From an uncultured Chloroflexia bacterium (GTDB lineage Bacteria; Chloroflexota; Limnocylindria; QHBO01), in contig CAWIPT010000007.1 of assembly GCA_963838125.1 (NCBI GenBank), forward strand, positions 283,487-347,486: a stretch of 64,000 bases of DNA, read 5' to 3'. Positions 55,236 through 64,000 of this stretch are shown here, one piece after another. How positions within the stretch are numbered: the first letter of the stretch is position 1; every line of letters starts with the position of its first letter. Position numbers and translations under genes: made by a program. The notes beneath the pieces were generated by a model that saw nothing but the letters and a program-made list of their open reading frames with translations, was not told the DNA's origin and searched no databases.

Positions 55236-56174
55236 ATGCAGGTCGGGATCGTGGGACTGGGCCGGATCGGCGCGGGTATGGCGCGACGCCTGGCCCGCGG
55301 CGGCCACCAGGTCGTGGCCTGGAATCGGACGGCGTCGGTGGCCACCGATCTCGCGGCGGAACCGGAGAACGGCGGACAGGTCACCGCGGTCGGGTCGGTC
55401 GAGGATCTCGTACGAGCGGTCAGCTCGCCACGCCACGTCCTGCTCAGCCTGCCGGCGGGGGATGCGACCCAGGAGCTGATCGACCGGTTGGTTCCCCTCC
55501 TCGAGCGCGGGGACGTGATCGTGGACACTGGCAACGCGAACTTCCGCGACAGCTCGCGCCGTGCCGGCGAGCTGCGCGAGCACGGGCTCGAGTTCCTGGA
55601 CATGGGCGTTTCGGGCGGCGTCTGGGGCCTGCAGGTGGGCTTCTGCGCCATGGTTGGCGGGGAGCGGTCCGCCTTCGAGCGACTCGAGCCCGCGATCGTC
55701 ACCCTGGCTCCGCCCGACGGCTACCTGTACTGCGGGCCGGCTGGCGCGGGCCACTACGTGAAGATGGTCCACAACGGGATCGAGTACGGCCTGATGGAGG
55801 CCTACGGGGAGGGGTTCGACATCCTCCACGCGTCCAGCTATGAGCTCGACCTGGCGGCCATCGCCCGGCTGTGGAACCACGGCAGCGTGATCCGGTCCTG
55901 GCTGCTCGAGCTGGCCGCCAACGCGTTCGAGAAGGAAGGCAACGACCTCGACGGGATCGCCGGCTGGGTGGCCGACTCGGGGGAAGGCCGCTGGACGGTG
56001 GCCGATGCCCTCGAGCATGACGTGCCCGCTCCGATCATCACCCTGGCGCTCATCCAGCGCCTGCGCAGCCGCCGGTCGCCCGACAGCTACACCGACCGGG
56101 TCCTCGCCGCGCTGCGCAACGAGTTCGGGGGCCACGCCATGAAGTCCGCCGACCCCTCGGACGGGTCCGCCTGA
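55236..56174 (+). CDS. gnd: 6-phosphogluconate dehydrogenase (decarboxylating), short type
   Basis: GAAGGAGAG RBS. GLGRIGAGMARRL Rossmann motif, plus GVSGGVWG and HYVKMVHNGIEYG. Confidence 0.9.
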   Translation: MQVGIVGLGRIGAGMARRLARGGHQVVAWNRTASVATDLAAEPENGGQVTAVGSVEDLVRAVSSPRHVLLSLPAGDATQELIDRLVPLLERGDVIVDTGNANFRDSSRRAGELREHGLEFLDMGVSGGVWGLQVGFCAMVGGERSAFERLEPAIVTLAPPDGYLYCGPAGAGHYVKMVHNGIEYGLMEAYGEGFDILHASSYELDLAAIARLWNHGSVIRSWLLELAANAFEKEGNDLDGIAGWVADSGEGRWTVADALEHDVPAPIITLALIQRLRSRRSPDSYTDRVLAALRNEFGGHAMKSADPSDGSA

Positions 56175-56178
56175 GCCG

Positions 56179-57742
<1,564 letters not shown>

Positions 57743-57746
<4 letters not shown>

Positions 57747-58982
57747 CGGTCGACACCGCGGTCACCCCGTACTGGGAGATGCGTGGCACCTCGGTCCGAG
57801 CGGTGGAGGCGGAGCTGGCGCGGCTGTGGCACCAGGCGACGAGCGACGGACGGGGATGACGCCCTGGTCGTCACCGAAAAGGGCGCTCCACAGGCTCGCA
57901 CCTCGGTCCTCAACCTCATCGTGAACGTGCCGGATCGGTCGGACAGCGACCGGATCCTCGGTACGCTGTTGAGCCTCGACACCCGCCACCCGTCGCGGGC
58001 GATCGTGCTCGAGGCCGACCCCGACTCGGACGGCGATCCGATCGACGCGCGGATCGCGACCCATTGCCGCGACGGCGAGAACGGGACGGCACGGATCTGC
58101 TTCGAGCAGCTGGCGCTGACCGTGCGCGGCGAAGCGGCGCGTCACCTCGACGGGATCGTTGCCCCGCTCGTCATCCACGATCTCCCGATCGAGGTCTGGT
58201 GGCCCGGCGACCCGCCGTTCGACGACCCGGTGTTCCGCCAGCTGGTCGATCTCGGCGATCGGCTGGTCATCAACACCTCCGACTTCACCGACCTGGCCGA
58301 TGGCCTGAAGCGGCTGGCCGCCATCCGCCGGCGCCTGGGCGTGGGCGACATCACGTGGGAACGGCTCGCCCCCTGGCATGAGCTCACCGCGCAGTTCTTC
58401 GACGCCCCCCGGTTCCGCCGGTACCTCCCGAACCTGTCACGGCTCGTGATCAAGTACGCGGTCCCCGAGGACGGAAGCGAGCCTGCGGACGGCGGGGACG
58501 CCGAGACGCCGCGTTTGCCGTGACCGACGAGATCGTTCCCGGGCGGCGATCTCCGGCCGCCGCCGCCCTCCTGTACGCGGGCTGGATCGCGACTCGCCTG
58601 GCCTGGCGCCGCGCCGAATGGCGCGAGCCGGCGGCGGACGACCGGCATGCGCTTCTCCCTCGAGGGGCGCTACGAGATGGTGGATCTCGTCATCGAGCCG
58701 GTGCAGACCGCGGCCGTGCAACCCGGGGAGCTGGTCTCGGTCCGGCTCCGCGCATTCGGCGAAGCGGGTGCCGCCGAGTTCATCGTCGACCGGCCGGCAA
58801 GGGAGGCCGCGGTAGTGACCAACGCTGATGGGATGACCGCCAACCTGCGGCGCATCCCGCTCGAGCCGGAGAGCGAGACGGAGGTCCTGCGCCGCCAGCT
58901 CGTCCTCGACCAGCGCGACCCGGTCTACGAGGACGCGCTGCGTGCGGCGGCGATCCTCATCTCGACCCAGCACGCGGCATGA
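57743..58982 (+). pseudogene. opcA: G6PD assembly protein OpcA interrupted by three frameshifts
   Basis: - GTG 57743 overlaps the zwf stop.
- Frame a: VTVDTAVTPYWEMRGTSVRAVEAELARLW.
- Frame b: SVLNLIV..IEVWWPGDPP..ITWERLAPW.
- Frame c: AAALLYAGWIATRLAW.
- Frame b again: MRFSLEG..EVLRRQLVLDQRDPVYEDAL.
- Switches are at about 57852-57855 (G4 run), 58517-58522 and 58630-58647.
- The span is 3n+1. Confidence 0.8.
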
Positions 58983-59716
58983 CGACCACGTACTCCGTTC
59001 TCGCCACACCGGAAGACGTCGCGGACGCCGCTGCCGCGGCGTTCGTCGAATCGGCCCGATCGGCGGTCGCCAGCCGCGGCCGGTTCCAGGTGGCCCTGCC
59101 CGGCGGCCGGACGCCGCTGCCCGCCTTCGCCCATCTCGCCGTCGCCCCCCACCACGACCGCGTGCCGTGGGAGCGCGTCGAGCTGTTCTGGGCCGACGAG
59201 CGGGCGGTCGGCCCGGACGATCCACAGTCGAACTACCGCGCCGCCCGCGACCTGCTGCTCGCCCATGCCCGGAGCCTGCCGGCCGACCAGGTGCACCGGA
59301 TGATGGCCGAGGCGATGGATCTCGATTCCGCTGCGCAGCTCTACGAAGCCGAGATCCGCCGCATCGTTCCAGCCGGCCCGGATGGCGTCCCGGTCTTCGA
59401 CCTCGTCTGGCTGGGGATGGGGGCCGACGGCCACACGGCCTCGCTGTGCCCGAACGACCCCTCGCTGAGCGTCACCGACCGCCTGGTCGTCCCCACCTGG
59501 CCGGCCGGCTACGACACCGCACGCCTCACCCTGACGTACCCCGTCCTGAACGCCGCGCGCGAGGTGCTGTTCGTCGTGACCGGGCCGGACAAGGCAGCAA
59601 CGGTGGCCGCTATCCGGGATGGTGCCGATCTGCCGGCCGCGCGGGTCCACGCGGCGAAGACGACCTGGCTGTTGGACGCCGAGGCGGCCGGCCAACCGGC
59701 AACCGTGCCGGGATGA
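58979..59716 (+). CDS. pgl: 6-phosphogluconolactonase
   Basis: 245 aa. Contains ALPGGRTP and FWADERAV. ATGA overlap with the opcA stop. Confidence 0.9.
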   Translation: MTTTYSVLATPEDVADAAAAAFVESARSAVASRGRFQVALPGGRTPLPAFAHLAVAPHHDRVPWERVELFWADERAVGPDDPQSNYRAARDLLLAHARSLPADQVHRMMAEAMDLDSAAQLYEAEIRRIVPAGPDGVPVFDLVWLGMGADGHTASLCPNDPSLSVTDRLVVPTWPAGYDTARLTLTYPVLNAAREVLFVVTGPDKAATVAAIRDGADLPAARVHAAKTTWLLDAEAAGQPATVPG

Positions 59717-59976
59717 CCGCCGCCCTGCTGGTGATCGCGCTGGTCGCCGGCGGCATCGGACTCGCCGTCGGTCTGCCCGCCTGGCGCTCCTGGCAGGCCC
59801 GTGCGGCCGGCGAGCGCAATACCGAGCGCTATCTCGCCTGGCGCGGCCGCGCCGACCGCTCGGCCACCGGCCCCGGTCAGGCCATGACCGTCGCGGAGCG
59901 GCGCCGGATCGCGGTCGGGGCCGGGCTCGGGATCGTGGCGCTCGCCTGCCTGGTCATCGGTCTGTCGTCCAGCTGA
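59713..59976 (+). CDS. small 2-TM membrane protein
   Basis: ATG at 59713 overlaps the pgl stop (ATGA). 87 aa with hydrophobic helices at both ends. Confidence 0.55.
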   Translation: MTAALLVIALVAGGIGLAVGLPAWRSWQARAAGERNTERYLAWRGRADRSATGPGQAMTVAERRRIAVGAGLGIVALACLVIGLSSS

Positions 59977-59995
59977 GCCGGATGAGGACGGACCG

Positions 59996-60370
59996 ATGCG
60001 GGTGGAGCTGCTGTTCTGGGACGCCGACCCGGAGTACATGACCGCCCGCCAGCGCCTGGTCGAGGTCCTGATCGAGGATGCCTTCGAGACCCCGATCCAG
60101 ATGATCGCGGTGGCCAGCGAGCAGGACGCCGAGTTCCTGGCCCTGCCCGGATCGCCGACCATCCGGATCGATGGCGCCGATATCGACCCGTCCGGCGCCG
60201 GGGAAACCGGGCTCTATCTGCGCACATACCCCGCCGACGGAGCCGGACCGGCCCAGCGGGCGCCATCCAAGGCGCTCATCCGTCGCGCCGTGGAGCGTGC
60301 CCGCGGCTGGGGGCACGGCCGCCCCGATCCGGAAGGCGCTCCGCCGACGCCCGACGCGGGGGCGCAGTAG
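59996..60370 (+). CDS. thioredoxin-fold-like protein lacking the usual cysteines
   Basis: 124 aa. The ELLFWDADPEY...GSPTIRIDGADI pattern resembles small thioredoxin-like proteins, in which GCPxC normally occupies the ADPE position (recalled). Confidence 0.5.
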   Translation: MRVELLFWDADPEYMTARQRLVEVLIEDAFETPIQMIAVASEQDAEFLALPGSPTIRIDGADIDPSGAGETGLYLRTYPADGAGPAQRAPSKALIRRAVERARGWGHGRPDPEGAPPTPDAGAQ

Positions 60371-60380
60371 ACTCCGGCCC

Positions 60381-60773
60381 ATGTCCGCCGCCAAGCGGCC
60401 CAGCACCTCCAGCCTGCGACGCTTCGTCAGCTCGCGACCGTACGTGCCGGTTGCCGAGCTGCGGCGCCGCTTCGGCCTCGATGAGCCGGACACCATGGTC
60501 CAGATCAGCCGCAACGGCACGACCGCGTTCATCGGCGTGCCCGAGCGGGAAGCGGTCAAGCTCGAGGAGCTCTGGGCGCGGGATGAGCTGGGCGTGGAGC
60601 TCTCCGTCGATGTCCGGGCGCCGGTCGTGGTCGGCGTGTTCCCGATGCGCATCGCCCGCTACACGGTCGATCATTCCGGGACGGCTAGCATCCAGAACGG
60701 GAACAGCGCTGATCACTCGCCGGCCAACGGAAGCACCGATCAGCCCGTCGCCGAGGAGCCGCTGACCGCGTGA
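60381..60773 (+). CDS. hypothetical protein
   Basis: ATG at 60381, 10 nt after the previous stop. 130 aa with non-shadow composition. No family recognised. Confidence 0.5.
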   Translation: MSAAKRPSTSSLRRFVSSRPYVPVAELRRRFGLDEPDTMVQISRNGTTAFIGVPEREAVKLEELWARDELGVELSVDVRAPVVVGVFPMRIARYTVDHSGTASIQNGNSADHSPANGSTDQPVAEEPLTA

Positions 60774-61132
60774 GGCGCCACGCGCCGCGCGTCGTCGCCC
60801 TCGTCCCGGACCTCATCTCGGCCTCGCGCATCGAGGCGGCGGTGACCGCCGCCGGCGGCGAGATGGCCCGGACCGATGACCCGGCCAGTCTCCCGCCGGC
60901 CGCCACGGTTGACCTGCTCGTCGTCGACTGGGGCGCTCGTCAGCCGGGATGGGATGCGGCCATCGCCCGGTGGCGCGAATCTGGTGCCGCGTCAGTGCCC
61001 CGGGTCATCCTGTTCGGTCCGCACACGGACCTGGGCGCCCACGCCGACGCCCGAGCGGCGGGCCTGGGCCCGATGCGTGCCCGGTCGGCGTTCTTCTCGA
61101 GCCTTCCCGACCTGCTGGCGGCCGATGGCTAG
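60770..61132 (+). CDS. hypothetical protein with a possible receiver-like (CheY-fold) pattern
   Basis: GTG overlaps the previous stop (GTGA). An alternating beta/alpha pattern: RVVALVPD .. DLLVVDW .. PRVILFGPHTD. Weak inference. Confidence 0.45.
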   Translation: MRRHAPRVVALVPDLISASRIEAAVTAAGGEMARTDDPASLPPAATVDLLVVDWGARQPGWDAAIARWRESGAASVPRVILFGPHTDLGAHADARAAGLGPMRARSAFFSSLPDLLAADG

Positions 61133-64000
61133 GGGCGTCGCTCCGCGGCGACGGAGGCTTCCCGACCGAGCTGGGTGACGTCGCCCAGCGCTTCGAGTGC
61201 GGCGGTGCCCGATGCCACGAGTGCCGGATCGTCCGTCTGCTGGCCGAGCTCGAGCTCGACCCGCGCGACGAGCGGCGCGGCTCCGAAACCGCGGAACATC
61301 TCCAGCGCCTCGCGGAGGTTGTCCGGGTCCCGCTCCTGTATGCCCCGCGCCCGTAGGGCCTGGGCGGTCAGCAGCCGCTGGTCGCGGGTTCGGGCCTCGG
61401 CCAGCAGGTTGTCCAGCCCGTCGAGGGGGATGGGATGGCGGAGGTCCGCGCAGAGCGCAACCGCCCGCTCGACGTAGTGGAGCCGAGTGATGTATGGAGT
61501 CCAGTCGAGGATCACGGTGCGGACCAGCGCCTCGGGGTCCGGCTCGGCGAACGCCGTCAGGCGGCGGAAGAGCTGGCCCGGCGGGAACTGCTCGGTGATC
61601 CCGAGCAGCGTCCGGACCGCCCGGCTCTCGAGATGGTCGTCGCGGCGGGCCCTCCCCACGTCGGCGGCCGCGATGAAGCCATGGGCCGCGAAACCCGAGG
61701 AGATGCGACCCGCTTCTTCCCACAGCCTGGACGCTCGCTCGGCAGCGTGGTTCACCTCATCCCATCGACCAAGGAGCGCGAGGGCCCACACCTCCCACGC
61801 GGCCAGGCTGAGCGCGAGCGCCTGGGCCTGGTTGGGGGCGAGGTCACGAAGGATGCTGGTGGCCGCCTCGAGCACTCCCGTCAGGTCGCCGAGGGCCGAG
61901 GATGACCAGGCGATCATGTTGTGCGTATCGACTCGCTCGTAGAGCGGCAGACGATCCGCGAGGGCCTCCCGCTCGCGCGTGAACGCCAGTCCGGCCTCCG
62001 GATCGGTACCGAGGGTGTACGACGAGAGCGCGTCGAGGGCTGCGCTGAGCAGGGGCGCGTCGTCCAGTTCGCGGGCGATGGCCGCGCCCTGTTCGCCGAT
62101 TCGCAGGGCCTCAGCCCAGTCTTCTCGCGAAAATTCGCGTTCACTGGTCGCTGCCTCGAACGGCATGAATGCCTCGGCCACCATCGACCAGCCGATCACC
62201 GCCCGATCGGTCGCCTGTTCACGGAGCTGGTGGACCTCCTCGAGGACGGCCGCCACCTGCGCCTCGCTCAGCGGCGAGCCCACTGACCCGCCCCAGCGGC
62301 CGAGAACCATCAGCTGGCCGCTCATGGCCCGAAGCAGGAAGTCGGGCGGCCGGCCGAGCTCCCGCCCGATCCTGGCCGCGGTGGCATACGCCTCGGTGGC
62401 CTGATTGCCGCCCCCGAAGATGTCACCCAGGCGGTCCCACAGCTCGGGCAGCTCCTCGCGCGGGGCGATCTCGATCGCCGCTCGAAGGTGGCGTGCCGAT
62501 TCCTCGAACGCAGCGCCCGCGTTTGCGACACTGGCCGCTCGGTTGAGCCACCTGACGGCCTTGTCGATGAGGCCCGGATCCAGCTCGCGGCCCGACGCCG
62601 TGCCGAGAGTGATGGCCTCGCGGAAGTGGAACGCGACGAGCTCGGCCACCTCATCCTCCCGTCCAGTGGCCAGGCCCTCGAGCCACGACCCAGCCGCCCC
62701 ATGGAGCCGGGCTCGCTCGCCGCGCGGGAGGGTTTGGTAGGCGACCTCCCGGATGAGGATGTGGCGGAAGGTCAGCTCATTGCCCGCGGCCCGGATCAGG
62801 TCGTGCTCGAGGAGGTGATTCATGGCCGCATCCAGGTCATCGGTCAGCTCGGGCCCGATCGCGGAAACGCCGGCGACCGTGAAGCTCCGTCCGAAGATCG
62901 ACCCCAGCTGGATGACTCGTCGCGGGGTGGGCGGGAGGAGATCGAGCCTGGCCAGGACCGTGGCATGGACCGTGTCGGGCAGGGCGCCGATGACCGTGGC
63001 CACGGCCGCCGGGTCGTCCAGCCCGGTGGCTCGATCCTGGATCGTGCGGGCCAGCTCGCCCGCATAGAACGGGTTGCCCTCGGCCCGCTCGACGACCGTC
63101 TCCACGATCTCCGGCGGCGGCCCCTGGAGGAGGTGGTCCACGAGGGCTGCGATGGCGAGATCGTCGAGCGGCTCGAGGTTGAGTGACACGTAGTTCCGTC
63201 GGCCGCCGCCCCACGTCGGACGTCGGTCCAACAGCTCGGGACGGGCCAGGACGATCATCAACAGGGCCGCCTCGCCGCGGGGCTGAAGGATGACCTCGAT
63301 CAGGTCGAGGAGGGTGTCGCTCGACCAGTGGAGGTCCTCGATGACCACGACCAGCGGCTGCTCCTGTGCGGCACGTTCGATGGCCGACCGCCACGCGGCG
63401 AAGAGCTCGCCGCGGTCGACATGCTCACCCTCCCCGGCTCCGAAGGTCGCCGCCAGCAGCTCCGCTGTCCGCCGCGCGAACGGATCCCCGCCCTTGGTGA
63501 GCCACTGCTCGGCCGCCTGCCGGATGGTCTCCGGATCGGCATCGTCCGGGAGGCCGAGGAGCCGCATCAGGAGCGCGTGGAGCGGCCAGTACGTCAGCCG
63601 CTGCCCATAGGGCAGGCACTGCGCGATCACGACCCTTGCTCCTGGCTGCTGCTCGGGAAGCCGGGCCAGAAATTCCTCGAGCAGGCGCGTCTTGCCGGTG
63701 CCCGCAGGTGCGGTGATCGTGATCAGGAACGGCCGTTTCTCGCGCATTGCGCGTCCGGACGTCAGCTCCAGCTGGGCGACGTCGTCATCTCGGCCAAGGA
63801 ACGGGGTCCGGTGGCGGATCGGCGTCGCCCGCGTGCCTTCGAGTCGCTGGGCTGGGACGACCGCGCCCTTGCCCCGCATGTCCACCCCGACCTGCGGCCC
63901 GAACTCGAATCCGTCCCCCGCGGCCCGCACGGTCCGCTCGGCGCAGACGATCTCCCAGCTCTCGGCGCCCTGCTGGAGGCGGGCGGCGACGTTGACGGCG
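61129..64000 (-). CDS. class III adenylate/guanylate cyclase - AAA/STAND ATPase - TPR multidomain protein (5' end outside the window)
   Basis: The frame stays open to the window edge. Residues AVNVAARLQQGAESWEIVCAERTV..FEFGPQVGVDMRGKG are the C-terminal end of a cyclase catalytic domain. Then Walker A APAGTGKTRLL and Walker B VVVIEDLHW, followed by about 600 aa of helical repeats. No C-terminal LuxR HTH seen. Confidence 0.85.
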   Translation of the reverse strand, partial: AVNVAARLQQGAESWEIVCAERTVRAAGDGFEFGPQVGVDMRGKGAVVPAQRLEGTRATPIRHRTPFLGRDDDVAQLELTSGRAMREKRPFLITITAPAGTGKTRLLEEFLARLPEQQPGARVVIAQCLPYGQRLTYWPLHALLMRLLGLPDDADPETIRQAAEQWLTKGGDPFARRTAELLAATFGAGEGEHVDRGELFAAWRSAIERAAQEQPLVVVIEDLHWSSDTLLDLIEVILQPRGEAALLMIVLARPELLDRRPTWGGGRRNYVSLNLEPLDDLAIAALVDHLLQGPPPEIVETVVERAEGNPFYAGELARTIQDRATGLDDPAAVATVIGALPDTVHATVLARLDLLPPTPRRVIQLGSIFGRSFTVAGVSAIGPELTDDLDAAMNHLLEHDLIRAAGNELTFRHILIREVAYQTLPRGERARLHGAAGSWLEGLATGREDEVAELVAFHFREAITLGTASGRELDPGLIDKAVRWLNRAASVANAGAAFEESARHLRAAIEIAPREELPELWDRLGDIFGGGNQATEAYATAARIGRELGRPPDFLLRAMSGQLMVLGRWGGSVGSPLSEAQVAAVLEEVHQLREQATDRAVIGWSMVAEAFMPFEAATSEREFSREDWAEALRIGEQGAAIARELDDAPLLSAALDALSSYTLGTDPEAGLAFTREREALADRLPLYERVDTHNMIAWSSSALGDLTGVLEAATSILRDLAPNQAQALALSLAAWEVWALALLGRWDEVNHAAERASRLWEEAGRISSGFAAHGFIAAADVGRARRDDHLESRAVRTLLGITEQFPPGQLFRRLTAFAEPDPEALVRTVILDWTPYITRLHYVERAVALCADLRHPIPLDGLDNLLAEARTRDQRLLTAQALRARGIQERDPDNLREALEMFRGFGAAPLVARVELELGQQTDDPALVASGTAALEALGDVTQLGREASVAAERRP

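Noticed and set aside
61129-61132. A CTAG tetranucleotide serving as the stop codon for both convergent genes.
   Set aside because: It is real but a trivial consequence of the palindromic TAG/CTA. No functional inference is justified.

Overview
High-GC (about 70%) chromosomal segment. By inference from gene content it is an actinobacterium: MMPL transporter, GlgM-type glycogen synthase, OpcA, F420-type LLM and DDN-like oxidoreductases, DinB, ATP-dependent ligase plus LigD-type PrimPol. About 60 tightly packed genes and one tRNA.

Gene order:
- trxB, DUF1028, ACT protein, GDPD+MFS, MMPL, DUF1003, CoA-transferase.
- A 1,566-aa secreted beta-helix-like repeat protein.
- LLM oxidoreductase, deaminase, DUF2461.
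- A 626-bp gene-free gap.
- Cupin, tRNA-Gly(TCC), FAH-DinB operon, GAF-GGDEF cyclase.
- copA-YHS-esterase operon, glgM, Tat-lipoprotein amidohydrolase, ABC-2 exporter, DUF4260, DoxX, DDN-like protein.
- A minus-strand operon: beta-CASP nuclease, DUF62 SAM hydrolase, ECF transporter (A1A2-S-T).
- ATP-dependent DNA ligase, DUF885, GNAT, LigD-type PrimPol, YihY, M23 peptidase, glgP.
- An HTH protein with a roughly 500-aa acidic disordered tail, ICMT-like methyltransferase, pncA, a zinc-ribbon protein.
- The pentose-phosphate operon tkt-tal-pgi-gnd-zwf-opcA-pgl followed by four small coupled ORFs.
- A 5'-truncated adenylate-cyclase/STAND-ATPase/TPR gene at the right edge.

I saw no transposase, integrase, prophage, CRISPR array, rRNA or recognisable defence system, and cannot point to a clear novel multi-gene system.

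Observations most worth follow-up:
1. 2.3 kb of base-perfect mosaic tandem repeats inside the giant surface-protein gene.
2. The 626-bp non-coding, helix-rich gap at 15.8-16.4 kb, a candidate unannotated RNA.
3. At least eight 1-nt frameshifts. Five are in tal, zwf and opcA, two in the beta-CASP gene and one in a small conserved gene. They are either assembly indels or real decay.
4. The DUF62-ECF operon.
5. The HTH-acidic IDR protein.

All functional calls come from motifs read by eye in the supplied translations. No database search was run.
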